A stretch of DNA of 63,084 bases, filler included, from Nemertoderma westbladi (Eukaryota > Animalia > Xenacoelomorpha): assembly GCA_032718475.1 (NCBI GenBank). It is 3 parts of 3 records of this genome, joined end to end, with 100 filler letters (N's around TTAATTAATTAA, not from the genome) between each part and the next. Parts side by side here need not be neighbours in the genome. Positions count along the whole stretch, not along the records: positions 1 to 21,709 come from JAUCBJ010005686.1; 2 more parts are not named here. The stretch is one strand, 5' to 3'. The notes beneath the pieces were generated by a model. It did no database searches. It worked only from the letters and a program-made list of their open reading frames with translations, and was not told where the DNA came from. The translations under genes were made by a program, and so were the position numbers. Below are positions 1-11,682 of the stretch, one piece after another (the stretch's first letter is position 1; each line of letters begins with the position of its first letter).

Positions 1-1268
1 CAATTTGGATGCAAAAGGCCACTGTAAAATATGTATATTTGTGGCCCTAATGTAAATCATCTCATTCTTTATGATAGTAAAGGTGGCCCTTTTCCCGTTC
101 ATTTAATTTAATAAATCAATTTTGAAACAAATGGGCCAGTCAAACTTTCTCAAAAAATGACATGAATAGTAATATGAATTGTAAGACTTGCAATGTAATT
201 ACCACAGTTAACCAAACTAAAATAATAAAAGTTTTAATAATGCATTATTTTTGTTTGAACATAATTTTATGTATGGTTGATATATCTTCTTGAAATTTGG
301 TAAGAGTGACCTACACCTACAAGCATTGCTTATTTAGAAATTCTAAATTCAGACAGACTTTAAAGTTCCCCTGTCTGCCGCTAGGGGGGGGGGGGCGAAT
401 TGACAGAATCGTAAAGGTACTGTAGCTGTGTAATTGTAGAACCAACCATCAGATTCCATCTGAAATTTGGTAGGAGTGACCTAGGAGCATTGCATAATTA
501 GAAATTATTGGTGAGTTTGTCGCCGAGGCTACTCTACGGGGTCGAAAGAAGTCAACAAAGCGGGCCATCACAGCTCAGATCCGCGAACGCGAAATAACTA
601 CACTTGATCCCGACACAGGGGATGTGAATTGGTGCTACAAAATAATTATTTATTACATGGTAAAAAAAGTAGAATTTTTTTTCATTATTCTCAAGGCATT
701 TTATTTACCGAGCGCCAGCGAGGTTAATAAAGGGTCGAGAGAATATTGAAAAAAAAATGTTCTACGTCTTTTTCCCCATGTAATACGTAATTGTATTCTT
801 AAATTGGTACTTTTTTGTTGCTTAATTCGTTAATAAAATATAGAGCGATATAGTGCTACAAAATAAATTTAACTGTATTATTTTACTATATTGCTTCCAT
901 TGTTACTGCGATTCAAATTATTGTACTCTTCAACTCCTGATGCTGCCTTACTCAATGTTAAAATGATTTTGTGTTCTCGAATATTTTGTGGAAATATTTC
1001 ACTGTTGGGTAGCTATTTGTATATTAGTTATATTTATTTATTAGTTATATTTGTATATTAGTTGTTTTAGCTTTTAGATACTCCGTTTAATATAGTCAGT
1101 TGTTTTAGCTTTTAGATACTCTGTTGAAAAGTCAGTTGTTTTAGCTATTAGATACTCCGTTTAATATAGTCAGTTGTTCAATACTCCGTTTTATATGCGG
1201 GTCTCGGTCTACGGTTAAGCGGTGCGGTTGGTGAATGCTGGGTGAACCTAGCTTTTGTTAGCTTTTAA

Positions 1269-2345
1269 CCCTTTCAGTACCTAACTGGAAATTATTCAAA
1301 TCCCCAAGTGCCCAAGTCTAATTCATGAATTTCTGAAGTCTGTCTGTCTTTCTGTCAGTTTGTCTGTCAAGACTTTAGAAATAGTAAAATCTGCTAACAT
1401 TCTCCCTATAGGGGTTTCCTGCTCAAGGATTTCATTTCCGCTGTCAGTTTTCACTTTTGACCCTATCCAGACTGTCTGTCAGTCTGTCTGTCGGTCTATC
1501 TGTCAGTCTGTCCGTCAAAAATATAAGGAATCGCATTAGCTAATTAAAATTCTCGCTAAGGGGGTTTTCCTGGTCAAGGATTTCATTTCCGAGGTCAGTT
1601 TTAACTTTTCACCCCATCCAGTCTGTCTGTCGGTCTGTCGGTCAGTCTGTCCGTCAAAAATATAAGGAATTACATTAGCTAATTAAAATTATCGCTATGG
1701 GGGTTTTCCTGGTCAAGGATTTCACTTCCGAGGTCAGTTTTAACTTTTCACCATATCCAGTCTGTCTGTCGGTCTGTCTGTCGGTCAGTCTGTCCGTCAA
1801 AAATATAAGGAATTACATTAGCTAATTAAAATTATCGCTATGGGGGTTTTCCTGGTCAAGGATTTCATTTCCGCTGTCAGTTTTCACTTTTTACCCTATC
1901 CAGACAGTCTGTCGGTCTGTCTGTCGACTGTCTGTCAGTCTGTCCGTCAAAAATATAAGGAATCACGTTAGCTAATTAAAATTATCGCTATGGGGGTTTT
2001 CCTGGTCAAGGATGTCATTTCCGCTGCCAGTTTTCACTTTTGACCCTATCCAGACCGTCTGTCGGTCTGGTCTGACGGTCAGTCTGTCAAATTTGAAAAC
2101 TAACAACAGGGTTTACCTTATTGCTGCAGCCTGGCAGTCTGTAAGCAGGCCTCCAGTAGGCGTACCGTAGTTAAATTACAGTAGATACAAGCTGAAATGC
2201 GCCGCTAACATATAGAAAGAAGCATGTACTTAATGGTCCAGCAACATTTTCCCTTCTTAGAAATCGAATAAATGTCACGGAACAGACGTATGTGTCAAGG
2301 CGCTCTACCCATGGATCAGACGTATGTGCCATGGTACCGAAAGGG
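1269..2345. mobile_element. piggyBac-like non-autonomous element (MITE) carrying an internal tandem repeat
   Basis: Termini CCCTTTCAGTACC (1269) and GGTACCGAAAGGG (ends 2345) are inverted repeats; flanks are TTAA and TGAA (TTAA target with one change); no ORF. Confidence 0.6.
1375..2090. repeat. ~145-bp tandem repeat, about 5 copies, with a (GTCT)n-like core
   Basis: CCTG(G/C)TCAAGGA recurs at about 1418, 1570, 1708, 1851 and 2001. Confidence 0.9.
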
Positions 2346-2819
2346 TGAATGCTAACAAGCTAACCTTTGTATCAATAAATTAAATAAATAACTAAATAGA
2401 AAATAATATTTACAATAAACAAGAAAGTTCTAAGATTTAGTTCTATAGAATGAACCACATGACACCCCCCCCCCCCCCCCCCCCCAAAGTGCAAAAACAG
2501 CAGTTTTGTCACAAATTTATATCTAGACCCTCTTCCTCATTAATCGTGATGACATTTATAAATCTATAAATATTTATAAAAATATCTTGCCATCGTAAAT
2601 TGGTGGCCTATTTAGTTCTCTAGCATTGTCCACATGACACCACCACCACCACCCCAGTAATAATTAGAACCAGTCATTCGATTCATCTGATATTTGGTAG
2701 GAGTGGTAAGTCTCGTGCTGCGCGAATACTCCAGCCCGTATGTGCAAGATAAGGTTGATATCGACTTCGACTAATACCGCTAATTAATATTTTTTTCAGT
2801 TAATTTGATTAGGTACTAA

Positions 2820-3462
2820 TCAATTTGGATTGGAATCGGGCCGTTTTAATCAATGTATATTTATGGCCCTAATGTTGTTAATCTCATTCTTTATGATAGT
2901 AAAAATGGCCCCTTCTTCGGGTCATTTTATTTAATAAATCAATTTTGAAACAAGTGGGCCACTCAAATTCTCAGCTCAGTTTATTTGTAGGATCAAATTG
3001 GATTCAAAAGGGCCACTGTATAATGGCCCTAATGTTATTTATCTCATTTTCAGTTCGGCCCGTTTCCTTCTCAACTAATTTGATAAATTTCATATGAAGT
3101 CAGATCAAATAGGGCCTGTTATGGCCCTTTCTTTCTTCACTATATAGTAAGCTCAGTTCGGGCCAATGATATATTATTCCAGACAGTAAGAGGGCCAATT
3201 TTGGAAAATTTTGGCCCTTTTGACTTTTTTGGCCCTAATTCCATTTTATACATTTTGGTAAGTGGCCCGAAAATTGTGTTTTCATTTAGTAATAAAATGA
3301 AGGTGCATAACTTTTTAGAGGAAGGATATACACAAAGGGCCATCCAAGCCCGTTTGCGGTTTCGGGCTAAAGGGCCAAAAAGGGGCTAAAGGGCCACTTT
3401 TTAATACCCCCCAAGTCGCAATAGGGCCACTTTTGATATACAAAAGTGGCCCTTCAGCCCGA
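2820..3462. repeat. GGGCC-motif-rich dispersed repeat; 2821-2965 resembles 1-145; followed by (TA)n
   Basis: Direct similarity to the window start and many GGGCC/GGCCC motifs. Confidence 0.5.
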
Positions 3463-3825
3463 ACGTATATCTATATATATATATATATATTAAATATTAA
3501 TTATTAAACAGAATAAATAAAAAAATTACTAAATTGCTAAAAATAAAACGGTGAATGAAAATTAAATTTTCTAAAACACTGGGTAAGCCTATGCAAATAT
3601 AACCAAGTTGCTGAGATTGGATGACTTAGCAAAATGTATATTAAATGTTGTAAAGTTGCATATTTTCAAAGTTTATCAAAAACCAGCCTTCCAGTAGTTT
3701 TGAAAATTAATGTAATTGTAACGTTAATTAAATTTGCTGAGGCTGAGGCGCCGATGAGTAAACTGTGGGGCGAGTGACGAAAGTAAGCGAGCTTAGCATA
3801 CAGGTACCACTAACTCAATCGGTGT

Positions 3826-4632
3826 GTCTGTTGCTCTGTTATTCTGTTGTTCTGTTGTTCTGTTGCTCTGTTGTTCTGTTGCTCTGTTGCTCTGTTGTTC
3901 TGTTATTCTGTTATTCTGTTGTTCTGTTGTTCTGTTGTTCTGTTGTTCTGTTGTTCTGTTGCTCTGTTGTTCTGTTGTTCTGTTGTTCTGTTGTTCTGTT
4001 GTTCTGTTGTTCTGTTGTTCTGTTGTTCTGTTGTTCTGTTGTTCTGTTGTTCTGTTGTTCTGTTGTTCTGTTGTTCTGTTGTTCTGTTGTTCTGTTGTTC
4101 TGTTGTTCTGTTGTTCTGTTGTTCTGTTGTTCTGTTGTTCTGTTGTTCTGTTGTTCTGTTGTTCTGTTGTTCTGTTGTTCTGTTGTTCTGTTGTTCTGTT
4201 GTTCTGTTGTTCTGTTGTTCTGTTGTTCTGTTGTTCTGTTGTTCTGTTGTTCTGTTGTTCTGTTGTTCTGTTGTTCTGTTGTTCTGTTGTTCTGTTGTTC
4301 TGTTGTTCTGTTGTTCTGTTGTTCTGTTGTTCTGTTGTTCTGTTGTTCTGTTGTTCTGTTGTTCTGTTGTTCTGTTGTTCTGTTGTTCTGTTGTTCTGTT
4401 GTTCTGTTGTTCTGTTGTTCTGTTGTTCTGTTGTTCTGTTGTTCTGTTGTTCTGTTGTTCTGTTGTTCTGTTGTTCTGTTGTTCTGTTGTTCTGTTGTTC
4501 TGTTGTTCTGTTGTTCTGTTGTTCTGTTGTTCTGTTGTTCTGTTGTTCTGTTGTTCTGTTGTTCTGTTGTTCTGTTGTTCTGTTGTTCTGTTGTTCTGTT
4601 GTTCTGTTGTTCTGTTGTTCTGTTGTTCTGTT
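3826..4632. repeat. (TTCTGTTG)n 8-bp microsatellite, about 100 units
   Basis: Seen directly; explains the spurious LLFCCSVV/QQNNRTTE ORFs. Confidence 0.99.
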
Positions 4633-5699
4633 CGGACTGGGGGCGATTCACGGGCGAATATTGGGGCGACTTACGGGGCACGGGACTCATATCAGATATC
4701 TAAGTGGCAAGGGTGGGAGGTAAAATCAAGCAGTACTCAGGTTTACCTGATACTAATTAGGCCTAGCCAACCTCCTACTGCCTGTAGAGGTAGTTTTGGT
4801 AACCCACTAGGCCTTGGGACAAGGACTGCCCTTAGCGGTTCCTGGCCAACAGCAGTTATTACGAGCCTGAAAAGGATTCGGAAAGCCTGCTGATTGCGTC
4901 AGGGATTTGCAACGGGAACTGACAGATCCTTAGCGGTCCCTGGTCACCGGCAGTTATTACGAGCCTGAAAAGGATTCGGAAAGCTTGCTGACTGCACCAG
5001 GGACTTGCGACGGATCGACCGACTGGACGAAGGAAGGGTTCGACGAGGACTGACTTCCTGGAGTGACTTCCTACCGAAGCGACTATGAGCCTGAAAAGGA
5101 TTCGGAAAGCTTAGGTGGTTGGGACCCTGCGATGAACCAACAGACCCCTAGCCAAGCCGTACCGCTTTCCTGATGACCGATCCCTTCGGGGTTTGGGAAG
5201 GGTGGGACGGACACGCAACAGGGTCTACCGACCTGACCGACCCTTAGCCAAGCCGTACCGCTTTCCTGATGACCGACCTCTTCGGGGTTCGGGAAGGGTG
5301 GGACAGACACGCAACAGGGTCGACCGACACCGACACTACGGTACCGGGACTAGGACCGAGGGAAAATGGGGATCATTAGTTAGGTTAAAATCTAAAAGCG
5401 AACAGTGGGTAATTAAAAATAATGTACTGTAGGAATTTATATGTTCGTGTATTATTGTGAATATTTGGTATATTGGTGTGGGGAAGCCCAAATTATTCTC
5501 AATCAAGGTTCAATCAGAGTTTAAGTTACATTAAAGATTATATCCAACCAATGCGACTTTTTTCTCTACTGCAATCTTGCATCTCAGATAAGACTCCTTC
5601 TCCACTCCCAATATCCGGTGACTGGCCGGAATCAAATGGTCTGAAAATTCCGCCACCAGCATCGGCGTTTTCCCCATGGTGTCGGGAATAACGGCAACA
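4633..5699 (+). mobile_element. BEL family-1 LTR (subfamily a), 5'-truncated, embedded in microsatellite
   Basis: Inverted homolog of 6404-7782; near-identical to 18826-19656; ends GGCAACA; flanked by ctgtt on both sides. Confidence 0.85.
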
Positions 5700-6403
5700 C
5701 TGTTGTTCTGTTGCTCTGTTGTTCTGTTGTTCTGCTGTTCTGTTGTTCTGTTGTTCTGTTGTTCTGTTGTTCTGTTGCTCTGTTGTTCTGTTGTTCTGTT
5801 GTTCTGTTGTTCTGTTGTTCTGTTGTTCTGTTGTTCTGTTGTTCTGTTGTTCTGTTGTTCTGTTGTTCTGTTGTCCTGTTGTCCTGTTGTTCTGTTATTC
5901 TGTTATTCTGTTATTCTGTTATTCTGTTGTTCTGTTGTTCTGTTGTTCTGTTGTTCTGTTGTGCTGTTGTGCTGTTGTTCTGTTGTTCTGTTGTTCTGCT
6001 GTTCTGTTGTTCTGTTGTTCTGTTGTTCTGTTGTTCTGTTGTTCTGTTGTTCTGTTGTTCTGTTGTTCTGTTGTTCTGTTGTTCTGTTGTTCTGTTGTTC
6101 TGTTGTTCTGTTGTTCTGTTGTTCTGTTGTTCTGTTGTTCTGTTGTTCTGCTGTTCTGTTGTTCTGTTGTTCTGTTGTTCTGTTGTTCTGTTGTTCTGTT
6201 GTTCTGTTGTTCTGTTGTTCTGTTGTTCTGTTGTTCTGTTGTTCTGTTGTTCTTTTGTTCTGTTGTTCTGTTGTTCTGTTGTTCTGTTGTTCTGTTGTTC
6301 TGTGTTCTGTTGTTCTGTTGTTCTGTTGCTCTGTAGTTCTGTTGCTCTGTAGTTCTGTAGTTCTGTTGTTCTGTTGTTCTGTTGTTCTGTTGTTCTGTTG
6401 TTC
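5700..6403. repeat. (TTCTGTTG)n microsatellite between two tail-to-tail LTRs
   Basis: Seen directly. Confidence 0.99.
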
Positions 6404-7897
6404 TGTTGCCGTTATTCCCGACACCATGGGGGAAAACGCCGATGCTGAAGGCGGAATTTTTCAGACCATGGAATCCCGGCCAGTCACCGGATATTGGTAA
6501 TGGAGAAGGAATACGTTCTTAAATGCAAGATTGCGGTTGAGGAAAAGCTGCATTGGTTGGATATACTCTTTAATGTAACTTCCCTACAGTTGAACCTTGA
6601 TTGAGAATAAGTTGGGTTTCCCCAAACCAATATACACCAAATTATTCACAATAATATAACACGACAATATAAATCCTTACAGTATATTATTTAATTACCC
6701 ACTGTTCGCTCAGATTTTAGCCTAACTAATGTTCCCCGATTTTCCCTCGGTCCTAGTCTTGGTGCCGTAGTGTCGGTGTCGGTCGACCCTGTTGCGTGTC
6801 CGTCCCACCCCTCACGAACCCCGAAGGGATCGGTCATCGAGAACCAGTACGGCTTGGCTAAGGGTCGGTCCAGTCGGTAGACTCTGTCGCGTATCCGTAC
6901 CACCCCTCCCGAACCCCGAAGGGATCGGTCATCGAGAACCAGTACGGCTTGGCTAGGAGTCTGTCATGTTGGTGGACCCGTTCGCGTGTCCGTCCCACCC
7001 CTCCCGAACCCCGAAGGGATCGATCATCGAGAACCAGTACGGCTTGGCTAGGGGTCCGTCAGTTCATCGCAGAGACCCAACCACCTAGGCTTTCCGAGTC
7101 CTTATTCAGGCTCCTAGTCGCTTCGGCAGCCGAGAAACTGCTCCGAACAGTCGGTAGGCCAGTAGAGTCCAGTCCTTTGTCTTTCGACCTCGTTACGTGT
7201 CCGTCCCACCCCTCACGAACCCCGAAGGGATCGATCATCGAGAACCAGTACGGCTTGGCTAAGGGGTCTGTCGTCGGTTCCCGTCGCAAATCCCTGGCAC
7301 AAGCAGCAGACTTTCCGATGTCCTTTTCAGGCTCGTAATAACTGCTGTTGACCAGGGACCGCTAAGGGCAGTCCTCGTCAAACTCTTCCTCTGTTAGTCG
7401 GTCGACCCGTTCGCGTATCCGTACCACCCCTCACGAACCCCGAAGGGATCGGTCATCGAGAACCAGTACGGCTTGGCTAGGAGTCTGTTGTCGTTTCCCG
7501 TCGCAAATCCCTGACACAAGCAGCAGACTTTCCGATGTCCTTTTCAGGCTCGTAATAACTGCTGTTGGCCAGGGACCGCTAAGGGCAGTCCTTGTCCTTT
7601 AGACCTAGCGAGTTACCAAATCCACCTCTACAGGCAGCAGGAAGTTGGCTAGGCCTAATAGTAATCAGGTAAACCTGAATACTGCTTAACTTTGTCTCCC
7701 ACCCCTGGCCCTTATATACATGAAATGAGTCCCGTACCCTGTAAGTCGCCCCAATATTCGCCCATAAATCGCCCCCAGTTCATTGAATGTGCCCAAAACC
7801 CATGTTCCCGCACCCAGTAGTGATATCGGAATAATCATTTTAAATAAATCCAAAAAATATTCAACTCGTGTTATGAAAAGTTGAAATACCGCAAACA
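6404..7897 (-). repeat. 3' LTR of family-1 element (~1.5 kb, subfamily b)
   Basis: Minus strand reads TGTTTGCGG...CGGCAACA; preceded by PPT; TATATAAG at about 7711-7718; internal ~75-bp repeats. Confidence 0.85.
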
Positions 7898-7908
7898 GTC
7901 CCCCCCAA
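7898..7908 (-). promoter_or_regulatory. polypurine tract (PPT)
   Basis: TTGGGGGGGAC immediately before the TGT of the 3' LTR. Confidence 0.8.
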
Positions 7909-8069
7909 TGACCTTCGTGAGGTCTGTCGGTAGATCGAGTTTACGTAGGTCATTCCCATATAAAAAACCTAAAATTTTAATATTGCATAGTCTTGATTAA
8001 TTTGGCCTAGAGTTAATATATATATAAAAATAAATGTTCAATATAAATGTCCTGGAATATCCTAGTCCT

Positions 8070-10450
8070 CTATTTCTTTCTCTGATACGCCTTTCTCCTC
8101 TTCGCCCGTCGACTCTCGTCGATCGCTAGAGCTGGTAGGGGAGCATCGACATCCATCGTGAGCAACGTTTCGGCTTGTCTCCTGGCGGCTCTTCCTTTCG
8201 ATGGCAACGGGATCATATCGGTTCGTCTTTCCAACTCGGTGTTGCGCGCTTCTAGGAACCACTTTCCGTCACCAAACTCCTCCTTATACGAATATAAGCG
8301 TCTAAGGACCTCGAATGGGCCGAATAATCCGGCACTTAGCAACAGATCCACGTAGTGGAATGGTAACGTCGCTGTCGTGTGGAGGCGTTCCGGGAAGGAA
8401 AAATAGCCGCACGCCATTTCCTGCGCGATATTTCGAGCATTTCTCCGCACTTTGGTCTTTATGTTGCTATTTGCGTAGGTTTCGAACATGACCATATTTC
8501 CCATAGCGGTAACGTCCTTTGTAGGACATTTTATATTGCAGCGGGGGCTAGCGGAATGTCCACAGAAACCGCAAGTTGTGCAGAGGTTATAAAGGATTGG
8601 ACAAACCGAGACATCATGCCCCGATGTCGCGTAGTATGGGCAATACAGTATCCCAAGGAGCTGTAGACACGAATCGGTTACTCGATTTCTTCTACCGCGT
8701 GGGCACTGCTCCGAACCGCAGTCTGCGCATATCTCCAACTGCATCTCTCGACCGGGGAATATCGGAATCGGGACGCCGACGTAATACTCGAGTCGTCGGT
8801 CGCTCTTCTGAATATTCGCTGTGGCCGGTAGCCCGCGAAAGGCTGGGCTTAGACGTAGTAGGTTCTTGTTCCGATAACCTTCTTTATGTCCCGCCGGTCT
8901 CATCTCGGACGACCGTTTCTGGCGGTGGATCCATTTGGTCTGCTAGGCGTACCATCGTGTTAGTCGCATATGTCACCGAAGTCGTTCAAGGTGGAGGTAG
9001 TGACTAACTCCCTCGCGGGTTTCCGGAGCCAAGTGGGGTGGAAGCACCCGCCTCCATCGCAGGTTCGGCCGAGGTAACCCGTTTGGCGGCCAGTTCGTAC
9101 GCGGCTTCTGGCTCGAGTTGTCGCTTCGGAGTGGATAGTAGAACGCCTTCCTGTAGCCATAATTCTTCCCCTTCCGAGGAAATCAGTGGCTCTTCCGCAC
9201 CGAGGAGATCGGTTATCGTAGGGATGTCGAACGGCCCATTCTCGTCCCAAGAATCGATAACGGTGAGCGTTTTTGTCTCTCCCGGTGTAATATTCTCGAC
9301 CGCTTTGAACGCGTGGTTTATAACCTCGTTCCAGTCGTAGTCGACAAAGGAAAGAGGAACCGCCGTAATGAGGTTGTTGAGAGTTTTACATATGAACTTA
9401 GCGACGGTGTAGGACTCCATAACGACGTAGATGTAGTTCTGTTGATCTGGATTCTCCCACCTTTGGTGTATCGTCCACTTTCTTTCCACATCCTTCCATC
9501 GACCCTCTCGCTCTCTCTTTATTTCCAATCCCGGGTATCCACCATATATCTTATTATAGTCCTGGAATTTCTGGGGTTTAAAGTCGATGCCGCCGTTTAG
9601 CACAGCGAGGTAGCCGATACCGGATTTCGTCTGTCTCACCTCGCGGAATCCTCGCATGAATTCGGCGGACCGTAACCAGGCTAGTAGTGTCTGGGTGTCG
9701 ACGCAATGACTAATGGCATTGATATCTCCTTTACGGTCTCTGCCTAAAGGAGCGTTCGCGTAGTCGTTCCGGACGTCCGCTTTTATATCCGACCCGATTT
9801 TAATGATGTCGAAGTCGAAGAGGATCTTTTGGATCTCCGGAGGTAGTAGCCAGATCGCTCCGGCTGCCTGCACCTCCTGTCTGGGTGTCGGAAATATTTG
9901 ACACACCAATACCAAACCGTCCAGGGTTCCAAGGACGACGACCAAGGATCGACCGTATTCTTTCGCCCCGTACTTCTCCTGGTAGTCGTCGCGATTCTGG
10001 ATGATCGATATACGTTCCTCCCGCAGCGTTGCTGTACACTCCGCTAGGTTTCCCCAGTGGGCGAGGTACGTACTCTTGTCGTCGACGAAACTTTGACATC
10101 ACGCCAATGTCATCGCTTTCGAGGTGGGCATCGCGTTTCCCTCGTTGTCGTATATCAAACATCGGGATTTGTAGACGCTTTGCCAAAACGTTTCCCAATA
10201 CGACAACTTGTCCCCTCCGGTCGCCTTTGCGTTCCGAGTTCTTTTCAGTCTCGTAATTGCATCGGACAACCGGAGGGGTCGTAGATTCTGGGAATCCGGT
10301 CCCTCTCGCCCGGAGAATTTGACGACTCGCACGTTCTCATTATCAGGGCGTTCCAATTCGTATCAAAGTTAGGGGATCCAGGTTGTGGATATTCCAGTAA
10401 TAATCTATCGTATTACGTAATTCGCCGATAATTTGGCTATTTGGGTCCAT
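8070..10450 (-). pseudogene. Accessory ORF3 of BEL family 1: DEDDy 3'-5' exonuclease (WRN/EXD/Mut-7-like) plus Cys/His zinc-finger domain; disrupted
   Basis: ORFs 10099-10356 and 9004-9945 share a frame with one TGA between them. ExoI LIYDNEG, ExoII LPPEIQKILFDFDIIKIGSDIKADV, CVDTQ, putative ExoIII W...YVVME. 8070-8903 has CxxC and YCPY..H....CP.....CTTCGFCGH. Confidence 0.8.
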
Positions 10451-10989
10451 ATTTACAATTATGTCCGTTACGAATTTATATCAGTTAATTATAAATCTAG
10501 AAAGTCTGATACTATAGTGACTGCAGAATAATTCAGTTTATTTTTAATTCAGTTTATTAAATAACATTGCTATATAGACATCTACCATCTTATTGCTAAT
10601 ACATTCAGCATTTACAGTTACTATAGCTATACATTAATATCCAACCAGTTTTAACTTTTTATGTCCTCTTCTTTTTTCCAATTCTTTTCTTTATACATTT
10701 TATACTTTTTTTTGTCTTTTTTCATTTCTCATTATTATTTCATTTCACATTTCATTTATTTCTAACACATTTCATCATTTAGTTCCACATTTATTACACA
10801 TTTCATTTATTTCCACATCATCATTGGGGTTATAGCCCCCCGGCTATCATCATTTGTTATAAGCGCAGCACCAGGGTGCGCATCATTTTCATCATCATAC
10901 GCGTCATCATTCAGGTTTATAGTAATGTCGTCTGTTTCTTTTCATCATTTCCAATCTACATTCAATCATCTTCTTTCGGAAATTTTCGT

Positions 10990-11412
10990 TGTGGAAGGGA
11001 TGTTACGCGTTACGTGTTACAGCTGGGCTAGTTACACCGCCTACGCCCCAAACTGCACACGTAACGGACAATGAAGACGCTGGAAGTGAAGTCACGTGGA
11101 ATGCACCAGGGACCCACCAGAATAACACTCCCAATAACATAAAGCTCAGCCGACGAAGTCATGTGGGATGGGGTTACGCAACATTCTGGGATCTACAGCT
11201 GGACTAGTTACACCGCCTACGCCCCAAAATCCACGTAACGGTCCCACCAGAATAATGCGACTGAGAAACATAAAACCTCAGTGTCAAAGCCATGTGGATG
11301 CACCATGGACCCACAAGAATAACAGTATAGAGGGGGTGTTGCGCGGCAATCCGGGATCTACAGCTGGACTAGTTACACCGCCTACGCCCCGAACTGCGCA
11401 CGCAACGGACAA
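10990..11412. repeat. ~170-bp tandem repeat (about 2.5 copies) in the pol-ORF3 spacer
   Basis: ACAGCTGG(G/A)CTAGTTACACCGCCTACGCCCC at about 11019, 11194 and 11360. Confidence 0.85.
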
Positions 11413-11682
11413 CATAACATACTACAATGGATACAATGAATTCCACCTCAAATCTTTACCATTTCCAATAATCAAATGTCATTGGTCCCGATGACCAAAA
11501 TCAGGGTAAACAATACATAAACGACCCTGCGTCAGTCGAAACATCTGCAGGGTGACGCTGGACTCCACATAACACACGAGGAAACACAAATACCATTGTG
11601 TGGTTACAGTTGGTTTAAGGCGGTCCATTGTCATTGTTGATAAATCATATATAAAGGAGTTTGTCAACAGGATGAGAAGGGT

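Noticed and set aside
3826-4632. (TTCTGTTG)n as a telomeric repeat
   Set aside because: No G-run typical of telomerase repeats and an interstitial position; cannot be supported from this window.
3765-6500. Long ORFs of LLFCCSVV/QQNNRTTE repeats
   Set aside because: Translations of a stop-free 8-bp microsatellite; not genes.
8070-10450. ORF3 as an env gene
   Set aside because: No signal peptide or transmembrane segment visible; exonuclease motifs instead.
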